From Octopus vulgaris (Eukaryota), in the NCBI GenBank assembly GCA_951406725.2, contig OX597823.1, positions 67,270,001 through 67,334,000 of the forward strand: a stretch of DNA of 64,000 nt, written 5' to 3'. How positions within the stretch are numbered: position 1 is the first letter of the stretch; the number at the start of each line of letters is the position of its first letter. The position numbers were made by a program, and so were the translations under genes. Shown piece after piece: positions 24,671 through 41,237 of this stretch. The notes beneath the pieces are model-generated. The model ran no database searches and had not been told where the DNA came from. It saw nothing but the letters and a program-made list of their open reading frames with translations.

Positions 24671-25442
24671 TAAGCAGAAACTTTCGGTTCTGAACCAATA
24701 GCTAATAAAAAATTGCATTACATTTTAATTTTAGCCACATGGTCTTAAAGTTTAACGAATAGCTCCTCGTTAGCAGCTTTGTTCTATATCCATAATCAAA
24801 ACTACTAACCTTGAAATAACCTAGTGCAACCTTATGTACTCTAAATAACCATCAACAAATCTATAAGAAAGGGCGACTTATTCCTTCAAGCATCTATGTT
24901 AACTACATGAATGGAGACTGTAACTTCAACATGTAGTAAAGCCGTCTTGAAATATAGATTTCTTATATAAACACAGAACTTCAGATTCTAATGGAAGAGT
25001 ATTAGTAGCTGAGTCCTACATGGATGAAAAGTAAAGTTGAAATAAGTGAGAGGCAAACTGAATATATCATGATACGTAACTTAATACCACATGATCTTTT
25101 GCCCCACGTTCTAATGTTTCTAGAACACCAAAGTCCTGCTAAGTTAAGATATGAAAAGTTAGTGAGTCTTGTGGAAATAAGGATGGTTACGAGATTTAAT
25201 TGCTCAATACAGACACGCTATCGAGTCTGTAAGTAATACAGGGTGCATCAGTGTTTTAGCGGTCATTTGTATGAATTTAGAAAAAGGCGCAAACCTCATC
25301 AGAGAAACGCTGTATTTGAAAATGAATTATTACAAATATTATTGAGAACCTTTTCGTAATTATGTTGGACTAAAATTTTTCGTTGGGTTGCCGTAACACG
25401 GCCGAAGTTCAATGACTGAAACAAGTGACGGATTTAATATAT

Positions 25443-25654
25443 ACTCTTTTTACTCTTTTACTTGTTTCAGATATGTGATTGTAGCCATGCTGGAGCACCG
25501 CCTTTAGTCGAGCAAATCGACCCCAGGACTTATTCTTTATAAGCCTAGTACTTATTCTATTGGTCTCTTTTGCCGAACCGCTAAGTTACGGGGACATAAA
25601 CACACCAGCATCGGTTGCCAAGCGATGCTGGGGGGGGGGGGACAAACAAGACAC

Positions 25655-25717
<63 letters not shown>

Positions 25718-25880
25718 CGACGGACGTCTTTCAGTTTCCGTGTACCAAATCCACTCACAAGGCTTTGGTCGGCTCGTGGCTATAGTAGAAGACACTTGCC
25801 CAAGGTGCCATGCAGTGGGACTGAAACCGGAACCATGTGGTCCGTAAGCAAGCTACTTACCACACAGCCACTTCTACGCC
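25443..25880 (-). mobile_element. SINE family B, full length
   Basis: tRNA-like head ggcgtagaagtggctgtgtggtaag, internal (TA)n, tail aaacaagtaaaagagtaaaaagag. Confidence 0.92.
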
Positions 25881-26592
25881 TATATATGTAAGTTATATGT
25901 TCAATTAATTATTTGAATTTGATGTGAATATTACAATTACAGTTAACCACATTCACATACATTAACAAGCAATTTGTAAAATAATTGAAAGAAGAGTTAA
26001 AACGAGTGTATTGTCTAAGAATTTGTATTGTACGTTTGTCTTTTGTGTAGTCGAAAACAAACACTAAACATATGCTTCTAAAGGAAATAAAAACCGAAAA
26101 TAGAATATATTTTGAAACAATTCGAATATATTTCATCTAATTATACATAACTATATGCCGTTATATATTTTATGCAGTTATGTCTCAAAGGAGATTTTTT
26201 TAAGCAAACACATTAGAAATTCCAGAAATTTATGTATGTGTGTGTGTTTGTGCGTGTTTGTGTGTGCGTGTGTGTGCAGGTGCACGCACAAACATCTTGT
26301 ATTTTATGCATATACATACGCATATATATGTATTTTATATATATATATGCACATATAAGTATAATATTTTACATATATAATATATATGTGTGTGTGTGGA
26401 GATGGAGTGTCGTAATTGTATGGGGGTATATGTATGTAAGTATGTATGTGCGCATGTACATGCATGTATGTACATGTGTATGCGTGCTTCAGTGGGTGTC
26501 TGTATACATACTCACGTCACATTCATGACTACGTACATACATTCATATATACATTTACACATATGCAATAATGCATATACATATATATGTGT

Positions 26593-26628
<36 letters not shown>

Positions 26629-26676
26629 GTGTGTGTGTTTGAGCGCGTGTGTGTGTTTGTATAAGCCACTCCTACG

Positions 26677-26710
<34 letters not shown>

Positions 26711-26712
<2 letters not shown>

Positions 26713-26872
26713 CGTAAGAGTGGCTGTGTGGTAAGTAGCTTGCTTACGAACCACATGCTTCCGGATTCAGTCCCACTACGTGGAACCTGAGACAAGTGTT
26801 TTGTACTATAGCCTCGGGCCTACCAAAGCCTTGTGAGTGGATTTGATAGACGGAAACTGGAAAGAGACCGAC

Positions 26873-26922
<50 letters not shown>

Positions 26923-27143
26923 ATGTGTGTGTATGTTGGTGTGCCTGTGTTTGTCCCCCCAACATCGCTTGACAACCGATGCTGTTATGTATACGTCCCC
27001 GTTTCTTAGCGGTTCGGCAAAAGAGACCGATAGAACAAGCACTAGGCTTACAAAGAATAAGTCCTGGGGGCGATTTGCTCGACTAAAGACGGTGCTCCAG
27101 CATGGCCACAGTCACATGACTGAAACAAGTAAAAGATAAAAGA
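26711..27143 (+). mobile_element. SINE family B, full length
   Basis: Same structure as above; head-to-head with the 25443-25880 copy. Confidence 0.92.
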
Positions 27144-27308
27144 AAAATAATATATATATATACATATGCAAATGTAGGTATATATACGTTATAAATATAT
27201 ATATGCATATGTGATGTATGTACGTATATACACTCACTGAGGCACGCATACACAAGTACATATATACATGTACACACGCAGATACCTACATATACCCCAC
27301 ACATATTC

Positions 27309-27341
<33 letters not shown>

Positions 27342-28001
27342 TGTATGTATGTATGTGTGTGTGTGTGTGTATGCATGTATGTATGTATCATAGATTTAAG
27401 AAAATACATTGTCGTGATAAATTCACGCTTACAACTTTACAAGAAGAACGGAAACAAATTAGCCGCTCATATGAAATATTTGAAAAGTGTTATATCTCTT
27501 GTTCAATAACTTTTCTTAGGTAGAGCACCGACATAAATACAACCAAGTGTTTTATGTATCATGTGTAACTCTGGAAATGTTATGTACCCCGAAACAACAG
27601 AAACAAAATATTTAATAGCCATCGAGAATTCATTGTTTATAGCCTCGTAAACGAACGTAGGCACTTTAAAAAAATCATAAAGGTATCTTAATAGAACTAT
27701 CGTGAAAATCCGTTATAACACAACATTTCCTTTTAATTTCCTCAATTTTTTTTTTTTTCAAATATTACTTTGCACTTAATTATTATGTGAGCTCTCAAAT
27801 ACAGAAATCACTTGTGACTTTCCCAAATAAATTATTATAAAGTCATTCAATAAACCAGAATATATTCCTACCACAGAAATAATTATTTCTGAAAGAAACG
27901 TTATGGACTTATATTGTTATTTAATAAATTTACCCACCAACCACTACAGATACATTAGTACACTCCGTATGTCTTAACAGAAACGGGCATTTACACCAAA
28001 G

Positions 28002-28099
<98 letters not shown>

Positions 28100-28128
28100 C
28101 ATATATATATATACATATATATATATAC

Positions 28129-28206
<78 letters not shown>

Positions 28207-28248
28207 AAACAAGTCAAAAATAGAAAATGCTAAGATGATTTTATAGTG

Positions 28249-28301
28249 AATCTTTCAGTACCGGTTTCGGTCATTTTGAGACCTTTTCAACTGTAACGAT
28301 T
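28249..28301 (-). ncRNA. Minimal type I hammerhead motif with U3:A8 core variant, in an insert of about 245 bp between (TA)n tracts
   Basis: Minus strand: aatcgttacag-TTGAAAA-ggtc tcaaaat gacc-GAAA-ccgg-TA-ctgaaagatt. Stem II is ggtc/gacc and stem III is the palindrome ACCGGT. Confidence 0.7.
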
Positions 28302-29494
28302 AAATAATTAAATTTAGAAAAATTAGAAGAAACGTTTTTTTAAAAGAATATTTCTGTAGTAGTGTTCAGATATAAGTAGCATTCTGCCTTTCTCTGACTC
28401 CCTTGTTTGCACTTGTGTGTTCGAGGTCGTTTTGCATAGTATTGTATATATATATATATATATATATATACTGCCCAAGCCTAATAAGCTAAAATCTGAC
28501 CGTAACTACACAAATATCGATCACATAAAACCAATGACCGCAATGACTTATTAACTCACACACATATAAACACATACACATGCAAACACAGACAGGTACA
28601 AACGCACACACACACCTGCAAACATACACACGCAGGCATTTCAATAGGCACGTAGAAGTAACCAATGGAAACCGCAGTTGCTTCAAATGAACACGTACAG
28701 AGTCTACGCAAACGTGGCATATGATAAAATACTATGAGAACACGAATCCTAGAATTCAAATAGTAAAAAAACAAAAAAAACAAAAATTACAAAAACAACA
28801 ATTTGCCTCTATTCCTTTTTTTGGGAAGCAAAGACGGTTTTTTTTATTGTTTTCGTTGGTGATAGACACATTAAATCAGATTTTCCGGCAATAAAAATAA
28901 AGAATTATTTTGACTTCTGCACTTATTTTCGAGGTGAAACAAGATTTACAAAACACGACTTGAAATAATGATTTTTATTTGTGATGTACTAACGAAATAA
29001 TATATCTAATTGTAGTTATTCTTAGCTCAATATGTTTCCACCTTAGAATCATTTCAATAAAATTAGATTAAATTGAATGGAATGGAATCTATCAGGCAGC
29101 TTGGATTTCTTTTGGAATTAGAAATGCGCAAAATAATCAATACTCTCAACATCGAACCACAATACTATGCAAAGCGCTCAGTCACAATTCTCGCACAAAA
29201 CATGATTGAAAACAATGCATTTACTGCGCTCCAGTTTCATTAACCCTTACTGCTATGTAATCATTACTCTCCATCATATTCCTACTATAAGCACAAGGCC
29301 TGAAATTTTGAAAAGGTGACTAGCAGATTAAATTGACCCTAATTATCAACTAGTATTTATTTTAACGACCCCGAAAAGATGAAAAGCAATGTTCACATTG
29401 GAAGAATTTGAACTCAGAACTTAAAGCGTTGAAAGAATTGCCCGAAGCGTTTTATCGAAGTCTCTAATGATTCTGCAAATAACACCTTCTAATC

Positions 29495-29856
29495 GATTTA
29501 CGAATCCCAACGAAAGGCGATGTCTCTAAAAGAAACGGAGAAACTAACAAAATACAAAGATTTGGAAACAGAGATGACCCGAATGTGGAACCTAAAAACA
29601 AACCAATCCTTATAATACTAGGTTCGTTAGGTATGATTAAAAAATATATAGACGAATACATAAGCAAAACACTAGGATTAACGAATATAGGTAACATAGA
29701 GAAAATAGTACTACTAGGCACCGAACACATCCAACATAAGGCATTTTCAATACAGCGAAAATAACAACACCAAAACAAACCACAGCGCGTAACCAAGGCA
29801 TACGGAGCTACGCTTGGTAGCAGTGAAAGCACGCGATAAAAATGAAATTACTGAAA

Positions 29857-29880
<24 letters not shown>
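29495..29880 (+). mobile_element. 5'-truncated R4/Dong LINE 3' end
   Basis: KETEKLTKYKDLETEMTRMWNLK..IILGSLGMIKK..EKIVLLGTEHI, then 3'UTR and (TAA)n tail. Confidence 0.88.
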
Positions 29881-29897
<17 letters not shown>

Positions 29898-30074
29898 TAA
29901 TAATAATGATACTTTCTACTATAGGCACAAAGCCTGAAATTTGAGGAGAGGGGGTATAGTTGATTGCATCCACTCCAGTGCATAATTGGTAACTTATTTT
30001 TGTCGGCCCCGAAAAGATGAGAGGCAAAGTCGACTTAGGCGGAATTTGAACTCAGAACATAAAAACAGACGCTA

Positions 30075-30410
30075 AGGATTAGGGAAAATATTTGGTGAGG
30101 GTTAGCATTAAGAGAAGCATATTTCAAGGAGATAGCCTATCACCATTGCTGTTTGTGATTTGTAAGATAACCCTCACACTGATACTACGGAATGTGACAT
30201 CGGAGTACACCTTGAAAAGTGGAGGTAAAAATTAAGTCATCTCTGATATATGGATGACTTAAAGATCTTTGGGAAAAACGAACGTGAAATAAATGGCCTA
30301 GTTTTAACAGTAAGACCTCTGACAACAGGCTGCTGTCTGCTCTCACAGAATCAACAGACTAAGCAAGACCGATCGCTCTGACAATTAAAACAATAATAAT
30401 TAATAATAAT
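30075..30410 (+). mobile_element. R4/Dong LINE fragment: RT core fused directly to a probable 3'UTR and (TAA)n
   Basis: IKRSIFQGDSLSPLLFVI...YMDDLKIFGKNE followed by a short non-coding stretch and a taa tail. Confidence 0.82.
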
Positions 30411-30660
30411 GATTTCAAATTGTGATGCAAGGCCAGCAATTTTAGGAGAGGATACTAATCGATTATATCGACATCAATGCTCAACTGGTACTTATCGACC
30501 CAGAAAGTATGAAAAAGTAACGTTGATCTTGAGCGTAGAACGGACAGACGGAAGAAATGCCGCAAGACAATTTTTGTCTGGCGTGCTAACAACTGTGCCA
30601 ACTCGCCACATTTACAATGATGATACTGATGATGATGATGATTGTGAAGACGACGATAGC

Positions 30661-30704
<44 letters not shown>

Positions 30705-30986
30705 ATATGATGATGATGATGATGATGATGATAATAATAATAATAATAATAATAATAACATATTTAAACCTCTGAGTTATTGACCTTACTGAGCAGCACA
30801 GGTAACTTTGATAACCATGAAAGCAATAGAATTGTCACTTTGGCAGACAGCTGGATAAATAGTTTATTTCTGTCGTCACATTTTATATTTTACTCGACTC
30901 AATTGACAATTCTTACACTTTCATTAATTACGACTTTTCATTTTTATTTCTAAACCACGCACTTCGCTCCTAAGTGCTAATCACAC

Positions 30987-31119
<133 letters not shown>

Positions 31120-31484
31120 TGTGTATGTATGTGTGTTTGTATCCATAACCTTCCATCTCAGTCAACCACTATTCTCCTTCAAAGTTGTTGTTTTTTTTAA
31201 TTACTACGGATTGCTTCAAGCCAACTTTCTTTCTAACCCTCGATCCTTGGATCTTGGCTGTGTGGTTAGTAGCTTGCTTCGCAACCACATGGTTCTGGGT
31301 TCAGTCCCACTGTGTGGCACCTTGGGCAAGTGCCTTCTATTATGGCCTCGGGCCGACCAAAGCCTTGTGAGTGGATTTGGTAGAGGGAAACTGAAAGAAG
31401 ACTGTCGTATATATATATGAATATATTTGTGTGCATGTGTGTGTTTGTCCTCCTACCATCGCTTGACAACCGATGGTTGTGTGT

Positions 31485-31970
31485 TAAAATAATGAAACTC
31501 TGAGTAACAACTTTTGTTATATTGCTGGTGCTTTTAATTAAAACATATTACTCTACCTCTGGTATTTGAGTACTCTTTTTTCCACCTTGTTTCAAATTTA
31601 TGAAACCTTGTGCTGATGAAAGGAATGTTGGAATAGGGATGTATTTCTAGCGTCTCTATATCTAACTAACCCAGAAACGCGTTCACAAGTAATCAATCTT
31701 TCGAGTGAACTTCCGTTATTTTTCCCTCTATACCTACGTGTAATGTTTTTGAGTTATACATTATCTGGGAGACTCTTCTTAAAATAGAGGAAATAGCTAA
31801 ATTCTTTGGCTACCATTTCTAAAAGTTCAGTGTGTGGTAAAGCAATTTTTGACGAACCCTAATTATATAAAATAATGTTTAAATTTACCGTAAATGGTCC
31901 TTTTACATACTGAACACTGGTTGGTAAAATTATTAATTACTAATTAATTAATTTTACCCTTATTATTATT

Positions 31971-31975
<5 letters not shown>
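31485..31975 (+). mobile_element. Non-autonomous Penelope-type (pseudo-LTR-like) element carrying a hammerhead
   Basis: Interrupts a SINE-B copy, ends at (TA)n, contains the 31607-31689 hammerhead, and its 3' half recurs rearranged at 36655-36870. Confidence 0.6.
31607..31689 (+). ncRNA. Type I hammerhead motif with long stem II and palindromic stem III
   Basis: cttgtg-CTGATGA-..gttggaatagggatg tatttctag cgtctctatatctaac..-GAAACGCGT-T-cacaag. Stem I is cttgtg/cacaag. Confidence 0.75.
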
Positions 31976-32018
<43 letters not shown>

Positions 32019-32312
32019 AAATGTTATAACTTATAAATCTCTCTAAAGGAGAGATACACCGGCAGTACTGGGTATTAATATCTATTGTATGCTTTGCCAA
32101 ACTAACGTGACAGTCCTGAGAAATAGGTGGGATGCTGCTGTTGATTAGCTCTGAGAGGCGATCGTCTCTAGCTAGCTATATGACGCACAAATCTGCGTCC
32201 ATAACACCTTCGATCAGGGGAGATGCAGGAGCATCATCTTCAAGTGTTTAGCTAAACATATATACATATATATATAGAGAGAGAGACAGAGACAGAGACA
32301 GATAGAGACAGA

Positions 32313-32449
<137 letters not shown>

Positions 32450-32489
32450 CGACGACGACGACGATGACGATGGCGACGGTGACGATAAC

Positions 32490-32801
32490 GATGATGAGAT
32501 GGACTCTGCCGTCAAAGTCGACGTATTACCGTTCAACTTTTGCCGAACGATCTGTAAAAGTGATTTCTTTATAGTGATCAGATGTTCGTGCCGCACATTA
32601 GCTCACTATCTCCATCAAATCGACGTTGCCTGAACAGGTAGATGATGTACCGCGCGTGACATGTCGAAGTGATCGCAGAGCAAACGTGAGATGAAGAGTT
32701 TTGCTCAAGAACACAACCAACGGGGACCACACCACTCGGTCTACGAATTAAAATCACGATCTCGCGAGCAACTCACTAACTACTAGACCATGTGCCCTCA
32801 C
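32490..32801 (-). mobile_element. Decayed tRNA-derived SINE (another family)
   Basis: Head gagggcacatggtctagtagttag...ttgtgttcttgagcaaaac. Related heads lie at 41708-41890 and 42784-42892. Confidence 0.6.
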
Positions 32802-32808
32802 TACATAC

Positions 32809-32842
<34 letters not shown>

Positions 32843-32851
32843 GTATTTTTT

Positions 32852-33246
32852 TTTTACTTGTTTCAGTCATTTGACTGCGGCCATGCTGGAGCACCGCCTT
32901 TAATCGAGCAACTCGACCCCGGAACTTATTCTTTTGTAAGCCCAGTACTTATTATATCGGTCTCTTTTGCCGAACCGCTATGTTACGGGGACATAAACAC
33001 ACCAGCATCGGTTGTCAAGCAATGCTAGGGGAACAAACACAGACACACAAACACACACACGCATATATATATATACATATATACGACAGGCTTCTCTCAG
33101 TTTCCGTCTACCAAATCCACTCACAAGGCTTTGGTCGGCCCGAGGCTATAGTAGAAGACACTTGCCCAAGGTGCCACGCAGTGGGACTGAACCCGGAACC
33201 ATGTGGTTGGTAAACAAGCTACTTACCACACAGCCACTCCTGCGCC
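32852..33246 (-). mobile_element. SINE family B, full length
   Basis: Closely similar to the other full copies. Confidence 0.92.
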
Positions 33247-33741
33247 TATGTATGTATGTATGTATGTATATGTATATGTATACACATATATGTGTGTGTG
33301 TGTTTTAAATTATATGTGTAAATATGCTACGGCGTTTGTGTGTATTGTTATCCATATATTTAATCTTTTGTAAATGTAGCTGTATGAACATCTATCGTAT
33401 GTGTGCGGATGTGGGGGGCGTTCGCTACTTTGGAGAAATACTTTCTCGTTTATGTCCTTTCTTGTTGTATTCGCATTTATTTGCTTCAACAACTCCCATT
33501 AATCATTCTTATCTATTTTCTCCTTTCATTCTTTGAAGAAGATGTTACTATGGCTCATGCAGATTAAGAAATGATGAAAAAAGTTTTCTGTCTCCAGATT
33601 GGTTTGGTTTTTGTCAAAGTGTACGAGGAAGTGATTGACTTAATAATAATGAAACTAGCTTACAGTTAGTTATCCGTGATTCTCTCGTGCTTCTAGCTGC
33701 ATGTAATGTTGTTAACGACCTGTACTACTAAAATAGTGACA

Positions 33742-33782
<41 letters not shown>

Positions 33783-33792
33783 TACATATACA

Positions 33793-33932
<140 letters not shown>

Positions 33933-34460
33933 TATATATTATATATATATAGTATATATCAATATATAAAATTATATATATATATATATGTTTATTCAAG
34001 AGAAATCTTATATATTGTATTAGCATTTATATATAAAGGAGTGGTGGTGGGGGACTTTTTGGGGGTAGGCATAGCGCAAAATATCATACTTGGGGGAGTG
34101 GTCAAGGAGTCAGTGGTAAGTTAGATGAAAGAATAGATAAATAAAAAAATAAAAAAAAATAAAAAATATAAAAAAAATATATAAAAAAATAAAAATAAAA
34201 ATAAAAAAAAAAAAAAAAATAAAAAAAAATAAATAAAAAAAAAAAAAAAAAAGAATAAAAATATAAAAATATATATATAAAAAATATATATAAAAAAATA
34301 TATATATAAAATATATATATATATAAAAATATATATATATATAAAAAAAAATATATATATATATACCCATATACATATAGGTAAATAAGGAGATTCTCAC
34401 TTATACCTATACACACATGTATACGTATCTACACACACATACATACATACACATATATAT

Positions 34461-34515
<55 letters not shown>

Positions 34516-35389
34516 CACACATACATACATATCTACATACACACATACATACACCCGCCCACATATACAAATTTATACACATGCACATGCCTATACCTGT
34601 CTACACATACACACACGTATATATGCATACACTCACTCCCATGCATGCACGCATACACACATGTATATATATATATATATATATATACCCACGACCACAC
34701 ATACATATATACACATAAAAATATATATTCATACGCACATACACTCATGCACACACAACACACCTAGTTCCCTATATACACATATTTACACCTATATATA
34801 CATACACCCACATACACCTATGTACACATATATATATATAAACATATACACGCATACATATATATACATGTGTGCACATACATACATACACACATATATA
34901 CATACACATACACATACACATGTGTACCTATACATACCTACACATACACACATACATACATACAAATATACATATACATATATATATATATACAATCCAA
35001 TACAGGCCCATTCCCTAATTTTAATTTTATTATCTTCATTTATTACTTTTGTTATCTTTGATCGCTAGGGCTAAGAATCCTGGCAATGGCTGCATGTCCA
35101 TTTGTCTGTCTACTAGAAGGCAAGTACTCATTCCCGCACGCACACTCATTAGCACGTACATTCACCCATTCGTACACTCATACACATACACGTACGCACG
35201 CGTTATATTCATACATACAAACATCTACATACGTTCACGTATATACACATACGTTCTCGTACCTACAGATTCGTGTCTACACTTTAGGAGGCTAGTCTAT
35301 ACATATACACCAATAAATATACATATATATATATATACCCGCATATACATACACACACACACATATATACTCCTACATACAGATACATA

Positions 35390-35433
<44 letters not shown>

Positions 35434-35621
35434 TACACATACATACACATACACACATACATATACACACACATACATACACATATATATACATACACAA
35501 ACATATATACACACATATATATATACATACACACATACACACATACATACGTATACATACATACATACATCCATACATCCATACTTACATGCATTTATAC
35601 GCATACACACACCCATCTATA

Positions 35622-35658
<37 letters not shown>

Positions 35659-35939
35659 TCACACATACATATACAAATCTACGCACACACATACATACAT
35701 ACACGTATACGCATACACGCACATACACATATACATGCGTACCCATACACGTGCACACACGCACGCGCATCCATATATATACACACACACACATATATAT
35801 ACACGTGTGCAAGCATACATACATACTCATACGCGCACACATACTTACAAATACATATATGCACACACTTACACACATATATATACATACACATATACAT
35901 GCATACATACATATATGCATACATACACACACGCACTCA

Positions 35940-35973
<34 letters not shown>

Positions 35974-36044
35974 CATATATATATATACATATATAGATAT
36001 ATATACACATACATACACATACACATACATACACACATATACAC

Positions 36045-36081
<37 letters not shown>

Positions 36082-36296
36082 TACATATATACACAAATAC
36101 ATACATATACATACACACACACATACATATATACATATACACTGATACACATACCCATACATACACATGCATATACTTATATCACTACATACTCACATAT
36201 ATAAACATATATACATATACACACATACATATATACATGTACATACACATACGTATGCATATATATATATATACATATATATACACATATATATAC

Positions 36297-36327
<31 letters not shown>

Positions 36328-36585
36328 TACATATACACATATACATGTATACATACGCAAAAATGATACACATATATACACATACACACACACAGACAGA
36401 TGCATATACATACATATATATATATAAACTACATATCTATATAAATACATACATAATACACATATACACACACATATATATACATTCATGCATATACATA
36501 TACAAGTATACATACACATACATACACACACACGCGCACACATACATATACACACACACATATACAAATACATACATACACACAT

Positions 36586-36623
<38 letters not shown>

Positions 36624-36989
36624 ACATGTACACATATACATATGTATATATATATCAACAAGGGAGGGTAAAGTTAATTAGTTATTAATCAATTTCATCA
36701 AGTGTTCAGTATGTAAAGGGACCATTATTATTTTGAGTAAACAATGTTAGAGGGAAAAAAATTCTCTAAGTAGTGGAAGAGGCTAAAAAACTTTATTGGC
36801 TGCTATTTCTAGAAAGTTTAGTATGTGGCAAAGTAATTTATTTTATTTTCCTAAGCCCTAATTATATAATATTATATACATACATACACATACATAAGCA
36901 CATACATTTACACATACATATGCATATACATATATACACATATACATACAAACACATATACACATATACACACACACACACATACAAGC

Positions 36990-37028
<39 letters not shown>

Positions 37029-37298
37029 TATATGCACATATATATACATATATATTTTTTTATATATTTTTTTACATGCATACATACACACACACACACA
37101 TAATACATGCGTATATTCCTACTGTACCCATGCATTTCTATACATATATACAACATACATACGATACACATATACAAGCGTGCACATATAATATGTGAAA
37201 GGTCTTAGGAGAAAAGGTAATCGGGGGTGCTAGGGGAACAGTGGGGTTGGGGGGGTTGGGGGGGGGGTTGTAGGGGGGGGGGTTTAGGGGGGTTGTCA

Positions 37299-37950
37299 TC
37301 AATCGGGTTGCCGGGTAGGTCTATAGTTCTTGTAGTTCGCATACTTCTTATGCATGCAATTTGGGGAGTGTTCTGAAAATTTGTTAAGGAGAGGGCCTTT
37401 GGCGAACAAGATCTCTAGGCTCTCTGATATGCATAGGTCACAGCAGGTATGTCCTCCTGTGTACGAGCGCGCCTTCTGTAGTAGTTTCCACTTGGTCTTG
37501 AAGGGGATTGAGTTCCTTTTAAGGTACCAGATGTGGGCGGCGAGGGTAGTTTGGTTGGATTTATCCTGTCGCCGGAACGAGTGTGTATGTGCATACCAGC
37601 GGGTCTTAAAGCTGTTTGACGTCATTCCAATGTAGGATTTACTTTTATCGTCAAGGCCTGATCTTACCTCGCATTTATATACTAGGTCCCTCTGTAGGCA
37701 GTTGTTGTTGAGGGGCAGGTGGTTTTATCATGGCAGTTGCAATTGCTATCGGACGTTGGATGGGCCCCGGAGAAAGTAGATATGTTAAGTTTTTTCACAT
37801 TGTTGTTGGCTAGGTTCCTGGCTAGGTTGGGCGTGGTAGAGTAGGAGAGTCTAATAGTGTTCTTATTTAGGATAGTGTAGTACTTATGTTGGGTGGGGAA
37901 GTGTTTCTGTAGGAGAGTGAAAAAGATCTTAGCTACAGGTGTAGCGACCT
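37299..37950 (-). pseudogene. Penelope-like ORF C-terminus: linker, CxC-x5-CP-x4-C cluster and GIY-YIG endonuclease (one frameshift)
   Basis: KHFPTQHKYYTILNKNTIRLSYS...CNCHDKTTCP/NNNC..DLVYKCEV..YIGMTSNSFKTRWYAH..TLAAHIW..CDLCISE..LLNK..CMH. Frameshift near 37712. Confidence 0.9.
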
Positions 37951-38050
37951 ACGGTTGAGGGGGGTTGCCTGTAATGTGTCTTCGTCTATTTATATATGTG
38001 GGTATGTATATTTGTATGTATATATGTATCCCCCTGTATGTGTATATATG

Positions 38051-38093
<43 letters not shown>

Positions 38094-38462
38094 GTGTATA
38101 TATATGTGTATGTATGTATGTGTGTTATACGTATACATGTGTGTATAGGTATAAGTGAGAATCTTTATTTACCTATAACTCTATCCCCCCTTTTTTTATA
38201 TATATATTTTATATATATATTTTTATATATTTTTTTTTAATATATTTTTTATATTTTTTATTTTTTTATTTTTTATTTTATTTTTTTATTTTTTATTTTT
38301 TTATTTTTTTATTTATCTATTCTTTCATCTAACTTACCACTGACTCCTTGACCACTCCCCCAAGTATGATATTTTGCGCTATGCCTACCCCCAAAAAGTC
38401 CCCCACCACCACTCCTTTAAACCTGCCTAAATGTATAAATGCTAATACAATTCTTGTTAAAT

Positions 38463-38513
38463 AGCTTCCTGAAGATTTCTCTTGAATGAAACAGTACTAG
38501 TCCTGTAGAAGCT
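38463..38513 (+). ncRNA. Type I hammerhead ribozyme in the Penelope pseudo-LTR
   Basis: agcttc-CTGAAGA-t ttc tctt gaa t-GAAA-cag tactagtc ctg-TA-gaagct. Six-bp stem I, three-bp stem III, GUA cleavage triplet. Confidence 0.88.
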
Positions 38514-38520
38514 CCTTCTA

Positions 38521-41235
<2,715 letters not shown>

Positions 41236-41237
<2 letters not shown>

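Larger units (their letters stand above)
33989..38520 (-). mobile_element. 5'-truncated Penelope-like retroelement with inverted pseudo-LTR
   Basis: GIY-YIG ORF remnant at 37299-37950. 34035-34140 is an essentially exact reverse complement of 38310-38418, with weaker homology extending in both directions. The inverted arm carries a hammerhead, and both ends lie in (TA)n. Confidence 0.88.

Noticed and set aside
33618-33668. acgagga...GAAActagcttacag, a possible hammerhead fossil (similar case at 61385-61435)
   Set aside because: Core and stems are too degenerate to distinguish from chance.
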